Positions 37,078-47,849 of a stretch of DNA of 47,849 nt are shown here, piece after piece (within the stretch, counting starts at the first letter, position 1; each line of letters starts with the position of its first letter). The translations under genes were made by a program, and so were the position numbers. The stretch is taken from NCBI GenBank assembly GCA_000442015.1, contig KE560662.1:1-47849 (forward strand). The letters are read 5' to 3'. The notes beneath the pieces were generated by a model. That model was given only the letters and a program-made list of their open reading frames with translations, was not told where the DNA came from and did no database searches. This stretch comes from Rozella allomycis CSF55 (taxonomy: Eukaryota).

Positions 37078-39291
37078 TTATTGATTCAAAAGACTATTCT
37101 CTAACCATTTTTTAATCTTGTTCTTCATATCACTTCTTCTTTCCTCGTGTATTTTTTCTTCTCTAGATTCAATGACAGAAAAACGCCACTGATCTATTAT
37201 ATATTTCATTTGATTCCTGTCTCTGATAAAGGAATTAGTTACCTTTGAAAAACCTTTATAATTATATCGGTAAGATTCAAAACCTTCAACTCAATTTCCC
37301 TTTCTTTTGTTCTATATTTGTGTTGCATGCATTTCATGAACTTTTTCATTAACCATTTATTATTTAATTTAATAGCTTCAAGCTCGAAATCATGTTTGGA
37401 ATATAACCCCTAGTCCAGCTTACAAAGTCATGGTACCTTTCTCCACTTTTCAAAGATCCTGAAAAGATTCTTCCGTGTATCAAATATAGCGGCTATCTCA
37501 GTTTTAATTGATTCTTTTAAATTAATTAGACAAACCCAAGAGCTGAAACATCGACGAGTGACAATACTGATCAGAAAATCATTGGCTTTGATCATATTGG
37601 TTTTGTTTTGCTCAACATTTATTCTTAAGATTTGAAGAACTTTATTTTTTCTCCTTTTTCTTACATATTGACAAATATTGTCTTTTCTTTCTTGTTGTTT
37701 CTTCAATTCTTCCTTCAATTGTTGTTCTTTCAACTTTTTCTCTTTCAATTCGAGTATTTTTTGTTCTTTTAGTTTCTCCTCCCTTTTAATTAACTCTTCT
37801 TGCTCTCGAACCTAGTTAATCACATTGAAGTAAATTACTTTTTTCAATTCTTCTAATTCTTTTTGTTTCTTTAATCTGTGTTCTCTCTTTTTCTTTCTCT
37901 CTTCCTCTCTTTGTAATAATCCATCAAAAGGTTTCACGATAGTCTTGACTTTCGTAACTTGTTCTGTTTGTTTTCTGATAGTATTTACATTTTTAATTTT
38001 CTTTCTCGTACTTGCTTTTTCCTCCATTGATTTAAGAGCATTAACTTTCTGATCTATATCTCCTTGCTCCTTCTCTTTTAATTTCTCTAGCGTAGATTGT
38101 TTGACAAACAAGATCCATCCAATTAAACATTTCGATGTTAACTTTCTGTCATAATACGTAACTGCTTTGTTAGCTAGTTTGTTCATCTTTATAGTATTTT
38201 GTTTCTCAGCTTCAAATAATCTGTAGGTCTTTATTGTTACATATTTTCCTTTCCAATTATTGTAATTTAATAGTAGTATTTTAAGATCTTTTCTTTTCTT
38301 AGTTTACAAAACTTCATTGTGTTTACTGAATGCAACCTTAACATATCCTTAGTCTCAAAAACGAATTTTTTCCATGAAGACATCGTAGTTCGCAATAAAT
38401 GAACATCTTCAACATAAAAAATCCACTGAAGAATCTTTTGCAACTTGTTTTGCCTATACAGAGATTTCTGTTGCTGAATTTGTTGCTCAAGCACCATTTC
38501 TTGAAACCTCTTCTTTCTTCTAAAACAAAAATACTCAATTCCAATTACTCTTTTTCGTTATTAATTTCAATTAACCGTTGATTATAATTTTCAAGTTCCA
38601 GAGACTGAACCTTGTGTTTTTCGACTTGCAAATCCCTGAGAAGATGCTCTACTTCTAAAAAGACGTCTTCATTTGGTTTGGCGTGTGCTTCAAATACTCT
38701 TCTTGTGTCTCTCCGACTTGTAGATGTCTTCTTAGGATCTTTGATTTTACTTTCGGCTGCCTTTGCGGCTGCGTTCTCGTTTCGTTTTTGTAATCGTATT
38801 TCCGTATAAACTGGCTTTTTATTAGGCTTTGGCCTGAGACTCTGGCATGATACATGCGAATAAATCACTTACATTATTGTCTATTTTAATGTCATCCATT
38901 GCAGATCGAAGCAAATGTTGTATATTGACTTTATCTTGATCTTCTAAAATGGCAACATCCACATCTTCACAATCACTTTATACAATGCTGGGTTAATTAC
39001 TAGAAAGATCTAAAGTGTGAAAGGTAAAGCCATCCTGCTGATAAATCGGTAATTCGTTTATCACCCCAAAGTCAGTCCCAGAAACCAAGTTAACTTCACT
39101 TTCAAGTGGCTTAAGTAGATCAATATCTTTAAGGGCTTCGTTCATTAGCTTCGAGATTTCTTGGCAATTCGATGTGGAGTTTTCAGCGTTCGGTTGTTCA
39201 AGGTTTGTTTTCTGAGTGTTCCATTTGTATTCTACCAAAGGCTTTGTTAAATATCACTGAGTATTACTGAATCTAAAAACAAGGATTTCAT
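37078..39291 (-). CDS. Coiled-coil protein with Sfi1-like Trp repeats, CCDC191-like
   Basis: Long K/E/Q/R coiled coil with F..W repeats (RRCFSSW, KCLIGW, IFEKW) and the end EERRSDMKNKIKKWL. Multi-exon. Confidence 0.55.
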
Positions 39292-39397
39292 AACATAACA
39301 AAAGCGATGTAAATATTTATGTCAAAGAATGAAGACACACAATGTTGTACCCAAAAGTGAACAGTATGTTATTAATATGGAAAAAAATAGATTTAGT

Positions 39398-42283
39398 TTA
39401 GTTTATTATGTTTTCAATTGTGGCGACAGTTAATGCGAAATCTTCAGCGACCTTCAAAATATGTTTGCTTGAGATCTATAATAACAAAAATATGATTGTA
39501 CTATTTTTTCGGAGCACGCAAGAATTCCGAGAAAATGGTTGCTCTTTGCAAATCTTAATGCATTTTCGATTGAGCAGCATCGTCGGTCTTGTCGGCATAA
39601 TAAACCCCCATAGGTAGCGAAAAGAACAGGAAAGTGGGGTTGTTTTAAATTCAAAAACACGCACATGTCTGGATTAAATGAGCTTAACAATATAGTAGGA
39701 CTTCCTGGAATGTTGTAAATGCACTCCAACAACTTATCAGCTAGGGAGTTCTGAATAAACTAAAAAGGCCTATTTACCATATTAGGATAGCATGAATAAC
39801 CCTTGTTGTATTCTCTACTGACTTTAATGACAAAATTGATTTTGATATTTTCAGGAATAGCCTAGGTACAAATTAGCGTTGAAACTTACCTTTAAAAATT
39901 CTTCCAGTTTAATGAAATGCTCTCCAGATGACAATAGCTTAAAAATATCAGATTGATCATTAATTTTATCGATTTTAGTTTGCGTAACGGTTTTTTCAAC
40001 TTCAGAAGAGGAAGCATATGACAATTTCTTTGTTTTTCCGTCTTCTGAGATGTGGATCCAAGGCTCAGCATCCTTTGTGAATGATACAGGGATTGAAATT
40101 AACTTTGATCCTTCAAGAGATGTTTCAGTGACAAAAGAGTGAGAAGAATCATCAATAGGCGTATGTGACTTCCAGTAAGAAGCAATTCTAGAAGAATTTT
40201 CGGGATTCACGGTCAAGGGACAAACAACGATTGCGTGATAGTTAATAACGCCCAAGAGTTGAAGTCGTGGATCATACAATGGACAGGAATCAAAAACTGA
40301 ACTAAAATTTTCAGGCACTAGAAATGACCCCCTAGCCAAAATTTTAGTCCCAAACATTGAATACAAATCGAATTGAATAAAGATTGATTTTAAACTTTTC
40401 ACCCTGAATGAAAATACTTGACTCTCATCCTTCAAAGGCAAAATGCAGTTGTAAGAGAAATTTGATTGAGAAGAAATGGAAATACAAAGTTTTAAAGAGG
40501 ACCATTCATTCTCTTGTAGTAATTCTAAACCAGTTGACCTAAGAGCTGCATTAAAGTTTCCTAAAGATACTGAAACCTGATACTCATCTTGAAGACACTG
40601 ATGGCCATATATTCTTGGCGAAATCATTGGCGGTGGCAAAAGTAAGTCTGGAACTTCAATGTTGCCCATTTTATCCATAACAGGCGAATTCTCTACCAAA
40701 GATTTACTAGAAAAGATTGTATAGAAAGGAAATTTTGATGGTTCAAACTCTTCTAATTTAATTCTATTTGAATCCAATAATTCAGCAATAGTCAAATGAC
40801 CCTTGAAAAGAGCATGGGTAAAACAATCCCATCCATTTTCATCCTTTATATTTACTTGACAATTATTTTCAACAAGATATTTAACACAATCATAATGTCC
40901 TTCACTTACAGCATGGAAAAGTGGAGTCCAACTATGATACTTATCAACCACATCAATTGGATGTCCGTAATCGATTAAAAGTTTGCAGATTTCAACGTGA
41001 CCTTCTCTGGAGGCGATATGCAAAGGGAAAAATCCAATGTCATCGGCGGTTATAGTAGGATTAGTCTTCAATATTTCTTGTACGATTTCGGTGTGTCCAT
41101 TTTCGCATGCAATGTCAAGAGGGCGATGGGTACCACAAAGCTTTGACAATTCATCACAAACACAGTGGCAGCTCATGAATGGTTTAGTGGAATCAAGATT
41201 ACCGTTCACCACACAATAAATGAAAGGTGTATTTCCATCATGATCCACATGAGTTAAAGGGACATTATTTGATATCAATATTTTAATTCCATCAACAAAC
41301 GATGCTATGCAAGCATAATGCAAAGGTTGCCTGCCGTAGAAATCTGGGGTGTCAAGGGGAATCTCATGACTTAAACACAAATTTAAATAATCGACACTTT
41401 TTAGAATACAAGCTTCATGAACCACACTTCTTCCGTTGATGTCATCAGTAGCCCCTTTTAAAAGCTTCGAGTAAAATGTAAAAATTAATTCAGAACATTT
41501 TCTTGATTCTTTTGAAAAGGAAAAATTCAAAAGAGAAATGATTAAGTGGACATCAGATGATATTTGACTAAAAACAGATAATTGCTTCTCTAAAGACAAA
41601 TAATCATTGGCACAGATAGACGCTTCCAAGTTTGAATAAGCATTTTCAACCAAGTCTGCGTGATCATATTGAATTGAAATAGGATTATTCTTATTTAAAG
41701 ATGCCATCATTGAATCTATTTCGAGTGAATACGTTGTGGCAGTATCAGATAAAGAAATCATCGTCTTTTGATTAAAAAATGGCTGGAGGCTATATTGCGT
41801 AGAAAGAAACAACTCTTTGGTATTGTTTCGCGTTTGTTTATCATATTTTTTCAATATCTTTCTAAACCCTGTCGCATTAATTTCCACATAACGCTAGTAA
41901 TGATGACTACAGGAAAATTACTTGTAATTTAGATAAATCTTTTTGATATTGAATAAATGCTTGCTTCAAGATTGTAATTGAAGATTTGCTACTCGTTATC
42001 AGATTTCGTTGCACGACTTTTGTTTTCTCTATTAGAGTAGCTAAACGAACCTTAAATTCAGATTCTTTTGTTAAATAAAATGCAGATACTTTTTCTAATT
42101 CTTTTTCTACTCTTGAAAAGAATAAAACTTTCATATCTTCATGAGCTACCATATTTTCACATATAAAATCTTACCCTGCCGACCACGTACTGATTTGATA
42201 ATTTTCTTCAATACTTTATACGACATGTAATATGGAAGCCATCCTGCTTCTGTATTTTGCTGAATGTTTTTGCCAAACTTCAT
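39398..42283 (-). CDS. PHO81: SPX-ankyrin-GDPD-like phosphate regulator (Pho81/NUC-2)
   Basis: SPX (MKFGK...YKVLKKII...NATGFRKILKKYDK), ankyrin repeats, LPPPMISPRIYGH and a degenerate GDPD (SSFNPDMC). Confidence 0.85.
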
Positions 42284-42474
42284 GGAGGCTCAAAAGTGAA
42301 ATTTCAAATTTCCTCAAAAAATTAGAGCCCCAATATTACAACAATCAAATGTAGATTCAACTTGGTCTCACGACCTTTTATTTTAATATTGTAATCAAAT
42401 AATAGATCTTTTATTTAAGTGCCGTGTTACCAAAGTGAAGTTTCATAAATAATAGAGTAATGTGTGAATTGTAT

Positions 42475-44776
42475 TTATAAATATAATGATGCCCTATGAG
42501 TGAACGGTCCGTAAAGCTTATTAAGGGACTGCCTATTTAAAACAAAAACTGAATTGATTCCTTTCTCAGAGAGTTTTTCACTAAGATTCCCAGAAATATT
42601 ACCGTATGCGGTATATATAAACACGACCTTATGCGGTACGTCGTGCTTGTCAAAGTCTTCAATGGTATACATAAATTTACGCCCAATGGTATCCCACCCA
42701 ACTGACGTCGACGAGGTTTCTTGGGAGTAGCGCATTACCCAGCATAAAGCGATCTTTTCACCTGAACTTGAAACTGTAAAGTGAACTGAGTCAAAGCCAC
42801 GATTGTTGCCGCCAATATGGTATATATCAGAAGAATTGTCCTTCTTAGAGCAGTGATGGTTGAAAGCTTCCCTTAAATTACGCGCTTTCACCATTCTGCC
42901 GGTAAAATTCTTGAATGTCAAACCTTGAATGTCCTTGGAACAATGAATGGCGTTTGGATATATTTCAGGAAGAGAATAATAGTAGTTTTGGCGAAAATAT
43001 CGGTGAAAACACTCCCAATAACCTTTCTTTAGATTATGGATTATTTACTGTGGAATTCTTCAAATTTTAAACCATCAGAGGAAGCATCAGTCTCCATCCA
43101 AGGAATCAAAACATTTGCCAACTCTGGAACTAGTCTCCCATACCCATAAACAAATATTGAAGGGAATTTAAGCTTCATCGTGGATGCCCCAGATGGTGAA
43201 ACAGTGTAAGCCCCAGCAGCAATGAGATCTGAAACTTTTGTCTTGTCGAAAACAATCATTTTTTCCGACACTTCTGATCGCATTACAATAGGTCTAAGAA
43301 CATCAATTATCATATCATTTGCTATGTCCACCACTAAGCCTCTTTCCTCAATTGCTGCCCCCAATTGTTTAAAAATTGGTAAATAATCATTGTCAGAAAA
43401 TGTTTCCTAAAACTAATTCGGAAAAAAGATTACTTTCATGTTTCTGTGTAAAATTTGATCCAAACATTCAAGTGCCCGTGGATGACCACCGCAAGCAGCG
43501 ACTAGCTTTTGGACAACCTTGTTGTTTAAATACTTTGTATGGACCCTTCCTTCAATATTCTTCAAGAATGATAATTTTATGTACTATATAAGATTTGGTA
43601 TTGTTTTACTTTAGTTGGTCTTCCAGATTTCGCTACAAAAGATTTCAGTGGAGATGAATCGAGTGAGGATACAATAGCCATGTTATTACTTTTATTCAAA
43701 AAGTGCTTGGCAATTAAGCTTAGTATCTTAATGGATTTTTCTTCTGCCTTTCATTAACACAACAAAATCGATATTACTTTGTTAACTTCATCAAGCAAAA
43801 GAAACAAATTGTTTCTTCCTGAATGCTGCATAATTAAATTTAACACATTTGTCAGATAATCATCTGGTACGTTAAATTGTTTCATTGTCGTCTGGAATGA
43901 ATCATAAGGGAGCTTTTTTGGGTCGACAAAATATCTTATGATATTAATTACATCATATTACGAATAAAGAATCCGCTGGGCCAACGCCTCTTCTGGATTT
44001 TCATCTTCAAAAGCGGTATCCCCATTGAATGAAATCGGCAGATAAACATAACTTTCTAGAAAGTTTAGAAATTTTCGATATGCGGGGTTTCGCTTGTAAT
44101 CTGAAAACCCCATTTCCAGCATAATATCATCCAAATCGCTAGTAGGGCGTTGAGCATACTCTGTTAAACCACCCTGTGATATATGGGACAAGAATAAAGT
44201 CTTTCCCATACCTAATTTAAGTCTAGTGAAATATTTACCCGGAGTGGAATACACCGCAAAAATGTGATTTTTATGACGAATATCATCATTTTCACTTACA
44301 TATCTATGTAATTATTTTATCTATGGAATACCTCTGGAACATTAGAGCTAGTGTTGTAGCCATAGCCTTTTCCCTATCAACTATTCGATAAGGCTTGTTA
44401 ACTCTGGAATACAAAAACTTTGAAGAGAGACATTCTTCTTTGGATTGAAGAAAACCTTTCAAAAATTGTTCAAATTCTCCAAATTCACCTCCCTTTAAAG
44501 ATTGTTTGTATATATTCGACTAATGCTAGGAAGATATACAGTCTACCAGATGTCTAACGACGTGTGGCTCCCCGAGATCTTGAATCTTTGCTTCCTCGGT
44601 TATATTATCCCTGAGCTTATAGTACAATGCGGTTATTTCATTTCTTGGAAGAGTATCCAAGTAAGATTTTGCAAAAGGCGCTACAGTTAAGGTATTACAG
44701 GCAATTTACCTAATCGCAACAAGAAATCTCTAGCTTTAAATACTTCGCTACTAATCAAGCGTTTAAAAAGTAGCAT
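42475..44776 (-). CDS. Crinkler/RHS-type P-loop NTPase plus restriction-endonuclease-fold protein (multi-exon)
   Basis: Spliced Walker A STPG|MGKT, YLPISFN, RILYS, Walker B LLLDEVNK, SSLD, SGRP, CGGHPRAL, FEEF and C-terminal NRGFD. Confidence 0.72.
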
Positions 44777-45060
44777 ACGCCACAATCATGTCATTGGCCT
44801 TTTGTAAACAGAAACTAAGTAAAGTCCCCCTTACCGTCAATTATGGAAGATCTGATGAATTGATGATGTACTTAATTCAAGCAGATGAATTAAGTTCAAA
44901 ATATAATCGTGTCTGAATGAAACTGTCAAAGACTCAAACTGTCTCAACTGTCTCACTAGCGACAAATTTTTCTTAATTTAATGAGTGTAAGATATAAAAT
45001 ATTGATAATATAATAAGAATAAAGCAAAAGATATCAAAATTATGCTAAGATTTAACTTTA

Positions 45061-46245
45061 TTATGATGATGGTAAAATAGGAATGCGCCTGATAAATTCT
45101 TTAATTCTCGTTAAAACTTCAGCTGGCTTTTCATATGGCAAAAAGTGCGAACCATCCATTACCACAAGATGAGCATCTTTGAGAACATTTACTTTCAAAT
45201 CCAATCCATCATGGAGAGGTGCTAAAATGTCTTTGGTTGCCAATACTAGACAAATAGAAATGCCTCGTTGGGAGAGATCAGAATACAAATCTGTTCTGTC
45301 AACATACATCTCCACATTGTTAAGCACATCAATAACCATTTTCAAGTACTCATTTTTGTTCGGTTTGGCAGTCACTGCTAAAGTGCTTAATTGGGTTTTA
45401 ATTAAGTCAATGCTATCATTAATTTCATCGACTTTGCTCATAATGAAATCCTTTCTGGGTACAAGAGGTATTTTAGCCAGCAAATTGTTGATTCCCGTTA
45501 AAGAAGAATCTGGTAACATGCACAAAACATTGTAGAGCTGTTCTAAGAACATTGCAGAGGTGTTTACAACAGCTTTTTGAATTAAAGAATGTGTTCCAGC
45601 TCTATGTAAAGCACGACAAATCAAATAATCATATCTATTTAGTTCAAATGGTAAAAATTACTTTTTAGGGATATCTCTGACACTAATAGCTCGATGTGGA
45701 AGGCCTCCAGGAGTTAACAACACTAACCCTGATACAAGAGTAGGATGAACTTTTGCAAATTCAGCAGCTATTACGGCACCCATAGAATGCCCTACTAGGA
45801 CCAGATTGTGGATATTATATCTTCCGTTAAAAACAATATCTAAAACATCCAATATTTGTTCACTATAGATATTAACATTGTACTCCAAGCCAGGAGGAAG
45901 AAAAGATGAATTTCCATGTCCGTAAAGATCGATAGAGAGGAAGCTAAACTCCTTTTCGTCTTGCTTTCTATATTGTTCGTACAATGGTCTAAAAACTTCG
46001 TGAGAAGATATAAATCCATGCAAAAACACAACCAAACTTGAATTTTCCGTAGTTGCCCTACTGAATACATAATAGGTCATCCCCTCAGTGGTCGAGATGT
46101 AATGACCCTCTTCGTTAGATGTTAATTCCCAGATTGGAGGCAAAGTGTTAGAAGTAGAACTCTCTTCAAGTGAAGACACATGGTTCATGGCCAAAGTTAG
46201 GTAATGATAGAATATAAAGGTTGTTATTGCCCTCAAAAGTTTCAT
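45061..46245 (-). CDS. Secreted alpha/beta hydrolase
   Basis: Signal-like N-terminus, VVFLHG, IDLYGHGNS, GHSMG nucleophile, TKD acid and GSHFLPYEKP histidine. One intron near 45630-45660. Confidence 0.9.
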
Positions 46246-46431
46246 GTCACAAATATGATCGATCGTCCAGGGTAATGAGTGGCAACATCGTGTTGTCACT
46301 TGACTCCTAATTATGGAATCCGAATAAGGCAAATACTATTTCGACTTTAGGCTTATCCGGGAAATCGTGAAATTTCAGAGATCTAACAAATGCAAAGATA
46401 TAAAATTAGAACACTACCCCTTTGTTTCAAA

Positions 46432-47730
46432 ATGTTAGTGTTTCGAAAAGTACTTTGGATAATATCTTTTTTAAGTCTCGGGGAATATATTAAAGGGAGT
46501 GCAACAGGATCACCTTACTGCACTGTAACTGAAAAAGAAATGTCAGGAATGGGAGGCTCAAACTCTGATCTAGGCTTTAACATAGCATTGGATAATCAAA
46601 AAGCATCCAATGGGAAGTATTCCGTATCTATTACTGGAAATTCATCCTTCCAGGGAGTCTTAGTGTGGGCAACTGGCAATGCCAAACTGTCTATGCCCAG
46701 TGGAAATTTTAAAACGGTTACGGCGAAATGCCCGTCTGGTACAAGTGCTTTTACGCATTCCAATTCTAGTCCAAAGAAGTCTCCATTAAAGTTTACGGTT
46801 CAAGTACCAGATGGTGCCAATGGGGTTGAGCTACACGCAGTAGTGGCAAAATCACAAACTGAGTGGCAGATTTTGAAACTTTTGACGATAAATTCACCCA
46901 GCGAAAATACAACTTCCGCTCCAAAATCCGGTNCACCCAGCGAAAATACAACTTCCGCTCCAAAATCCGGTGGAAGTACATCTCCAACATTGCAACCACC
47001 TGCGCCTATAGAAAAAAACTATAATCTCAGCAACAGTGATACAAACAGCTCAAAGATTGAAGCACAAACAACTGACGTACCGCAAGATACATCACATGCT
47101 ATAGCGAATGGATCTCAACCTTCGTTGCCGTCAGCATATAAGGCGAAAAGTGTTGATTTTGCCACATCAGCAGCACCAAAAGCCGAAATTGAAGCGGGTT
47201 CGGATAATGATATGCCAACACCTATCGAAAGTCCAGGAGTTAAATCACATCTTGGTGGTGCCAACAGTGAAATACAGCCAAACACAAAAGCGGAAGCACC
47301 TTCAGCAGATACAAACGTGGACGCTCCTCCAGCAAATGATAATGTGTCAGCGGATACAAACGTGGAAGCGCCTTCAGCAGATAATCCGATTACAATGGAT
47401 GATCTTGGAGCCTCTGCTGAACCTTCGAATATCTCTCAGACATCAAGTCCAAAACGAAAGAGTGTAGATGATGCGTCAGCAAATGCTGAAGCTACAAAAG
47501 CTGACACGTCGCCCGAGACACCTTCAACGGATTCGTCCCCAACCATTGATTCACAAGAAAATACAAAATCGAGTGACAACGCTTCCTCTTCAGGTAACGA
47601 AGATAAACATACATCATCTGGCTCTGAGACTGACCAGTCATTTAAGCCTGAATCATTGGATTCAGACAAACTAGTTGACTTTATCATGAATATTTTGCGC
47701 ACAATATTCATTAAAGGAGGAGCCAGTTAA
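46432..47730 (+). CDS. Secreted Reeler-like domain protein with a Ser/Thr/Ala/Pro/acidic tail
   Basis: Signal peptide, GSPYC, FQGVLVWA, AFTHSNSSPK, ELHAVV and low-complexity repeats. Confidence 0.65.
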   Translation: MLVFRKVLWIISFLSLGEYIKGSATGSPYCTVTEKEMSGMGGSNSDLGFNIALDNQKASNGKYSVSITGNSSFQGVLVWATGNAKLSMPSGNFKTVTAKCPSGTSAFTHSNSSPKKSPLKFTVQVPDGANGVELHAVVAKSQTEWQILKLLTINSPSENTTSAPKSGXPSENTTSAPKSGGSTSPTLQPPAPIEKNYNLSNSDTNSSKIEAQTTDVPQDTSHAIANGSQPSLPSAYKAKSVDFATSAAPKAEIEAGSDNDMPTPIESPGVKSHLGGANSEIQPNTKAEAPSADTNVDAPPANDNVSADTNVEAPSADNPITMDDLGASAEPSNISQTSSPKRKSVDDASANAEATKADTSPETPSTDSSPTIDSQENTKSSDNASSSGNEDKHTSSGSETDQSFKPESLDSDKLVDFIMNILRTIFIKGGAS

Positions 47731-47849
47731 ATAAAGTCAATTTATGTACATATAACATAAAAATTCATCCTAATTTATTATAAATTAGTATTCGTCATTA
47801 AAGTAGGAAATTGATTTCATATTCTTCATTGGAACAAAAGGAAGGCAAA

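Noticed and set aside
2607..44776. Alternative genetic code or widespread pseudogenisation to explain the fragmented ORFs
   Set aside because: The breaks I traced are resolved by short GT-AG introns or N-junction artefacts under the standard code.
44853..44916. Possible C/D box snoRNA (TGATGA...CTGA)
   Set aside because: No terminal stem or recognisable rRNA guide. These motifs are common in AT-rich DNA.
46895..46971. 38-bp tandem repeat in the Reeler gene
   Set aside because: The copies are identical and separated by an N, most likely an unmerged contig overlap.

Overview
AT-rich, very compact eukaryotic DNA with about 35 genes. Most are split by very short GT-AG introns (about 26-35 nt), and intergenic gaps are often under 50 bp. 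The gene content is fungal-like (Pho81, Ugo1-like, Kre9-like) and includes flagellar genes (B9D2, CATIP, CCDC191-like) and a PRC2 E(z). Together these point to a zoosporic early-diverging fungus, most likely Rozella/Cryptomycota-like (inference). Housekeeping genes dominate. The right end holds an effector-like group: a Crinkler/RHS-type NTPase-REase, a secreted alpha/beta hydrolase and a secreted Reeler-domain protein. Manual splicing recovered several genes that are absent from the ORF track or present only as fragments: an STMP1 micropeptide, B9D2, a mitochondrial coiled-coil protein, a tail-anchored orphan and a TMEM208/SND2-like remnant. Single-N junctions join diverged copies that look allelic. 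All family assignments come from motif recognition, not database searches.
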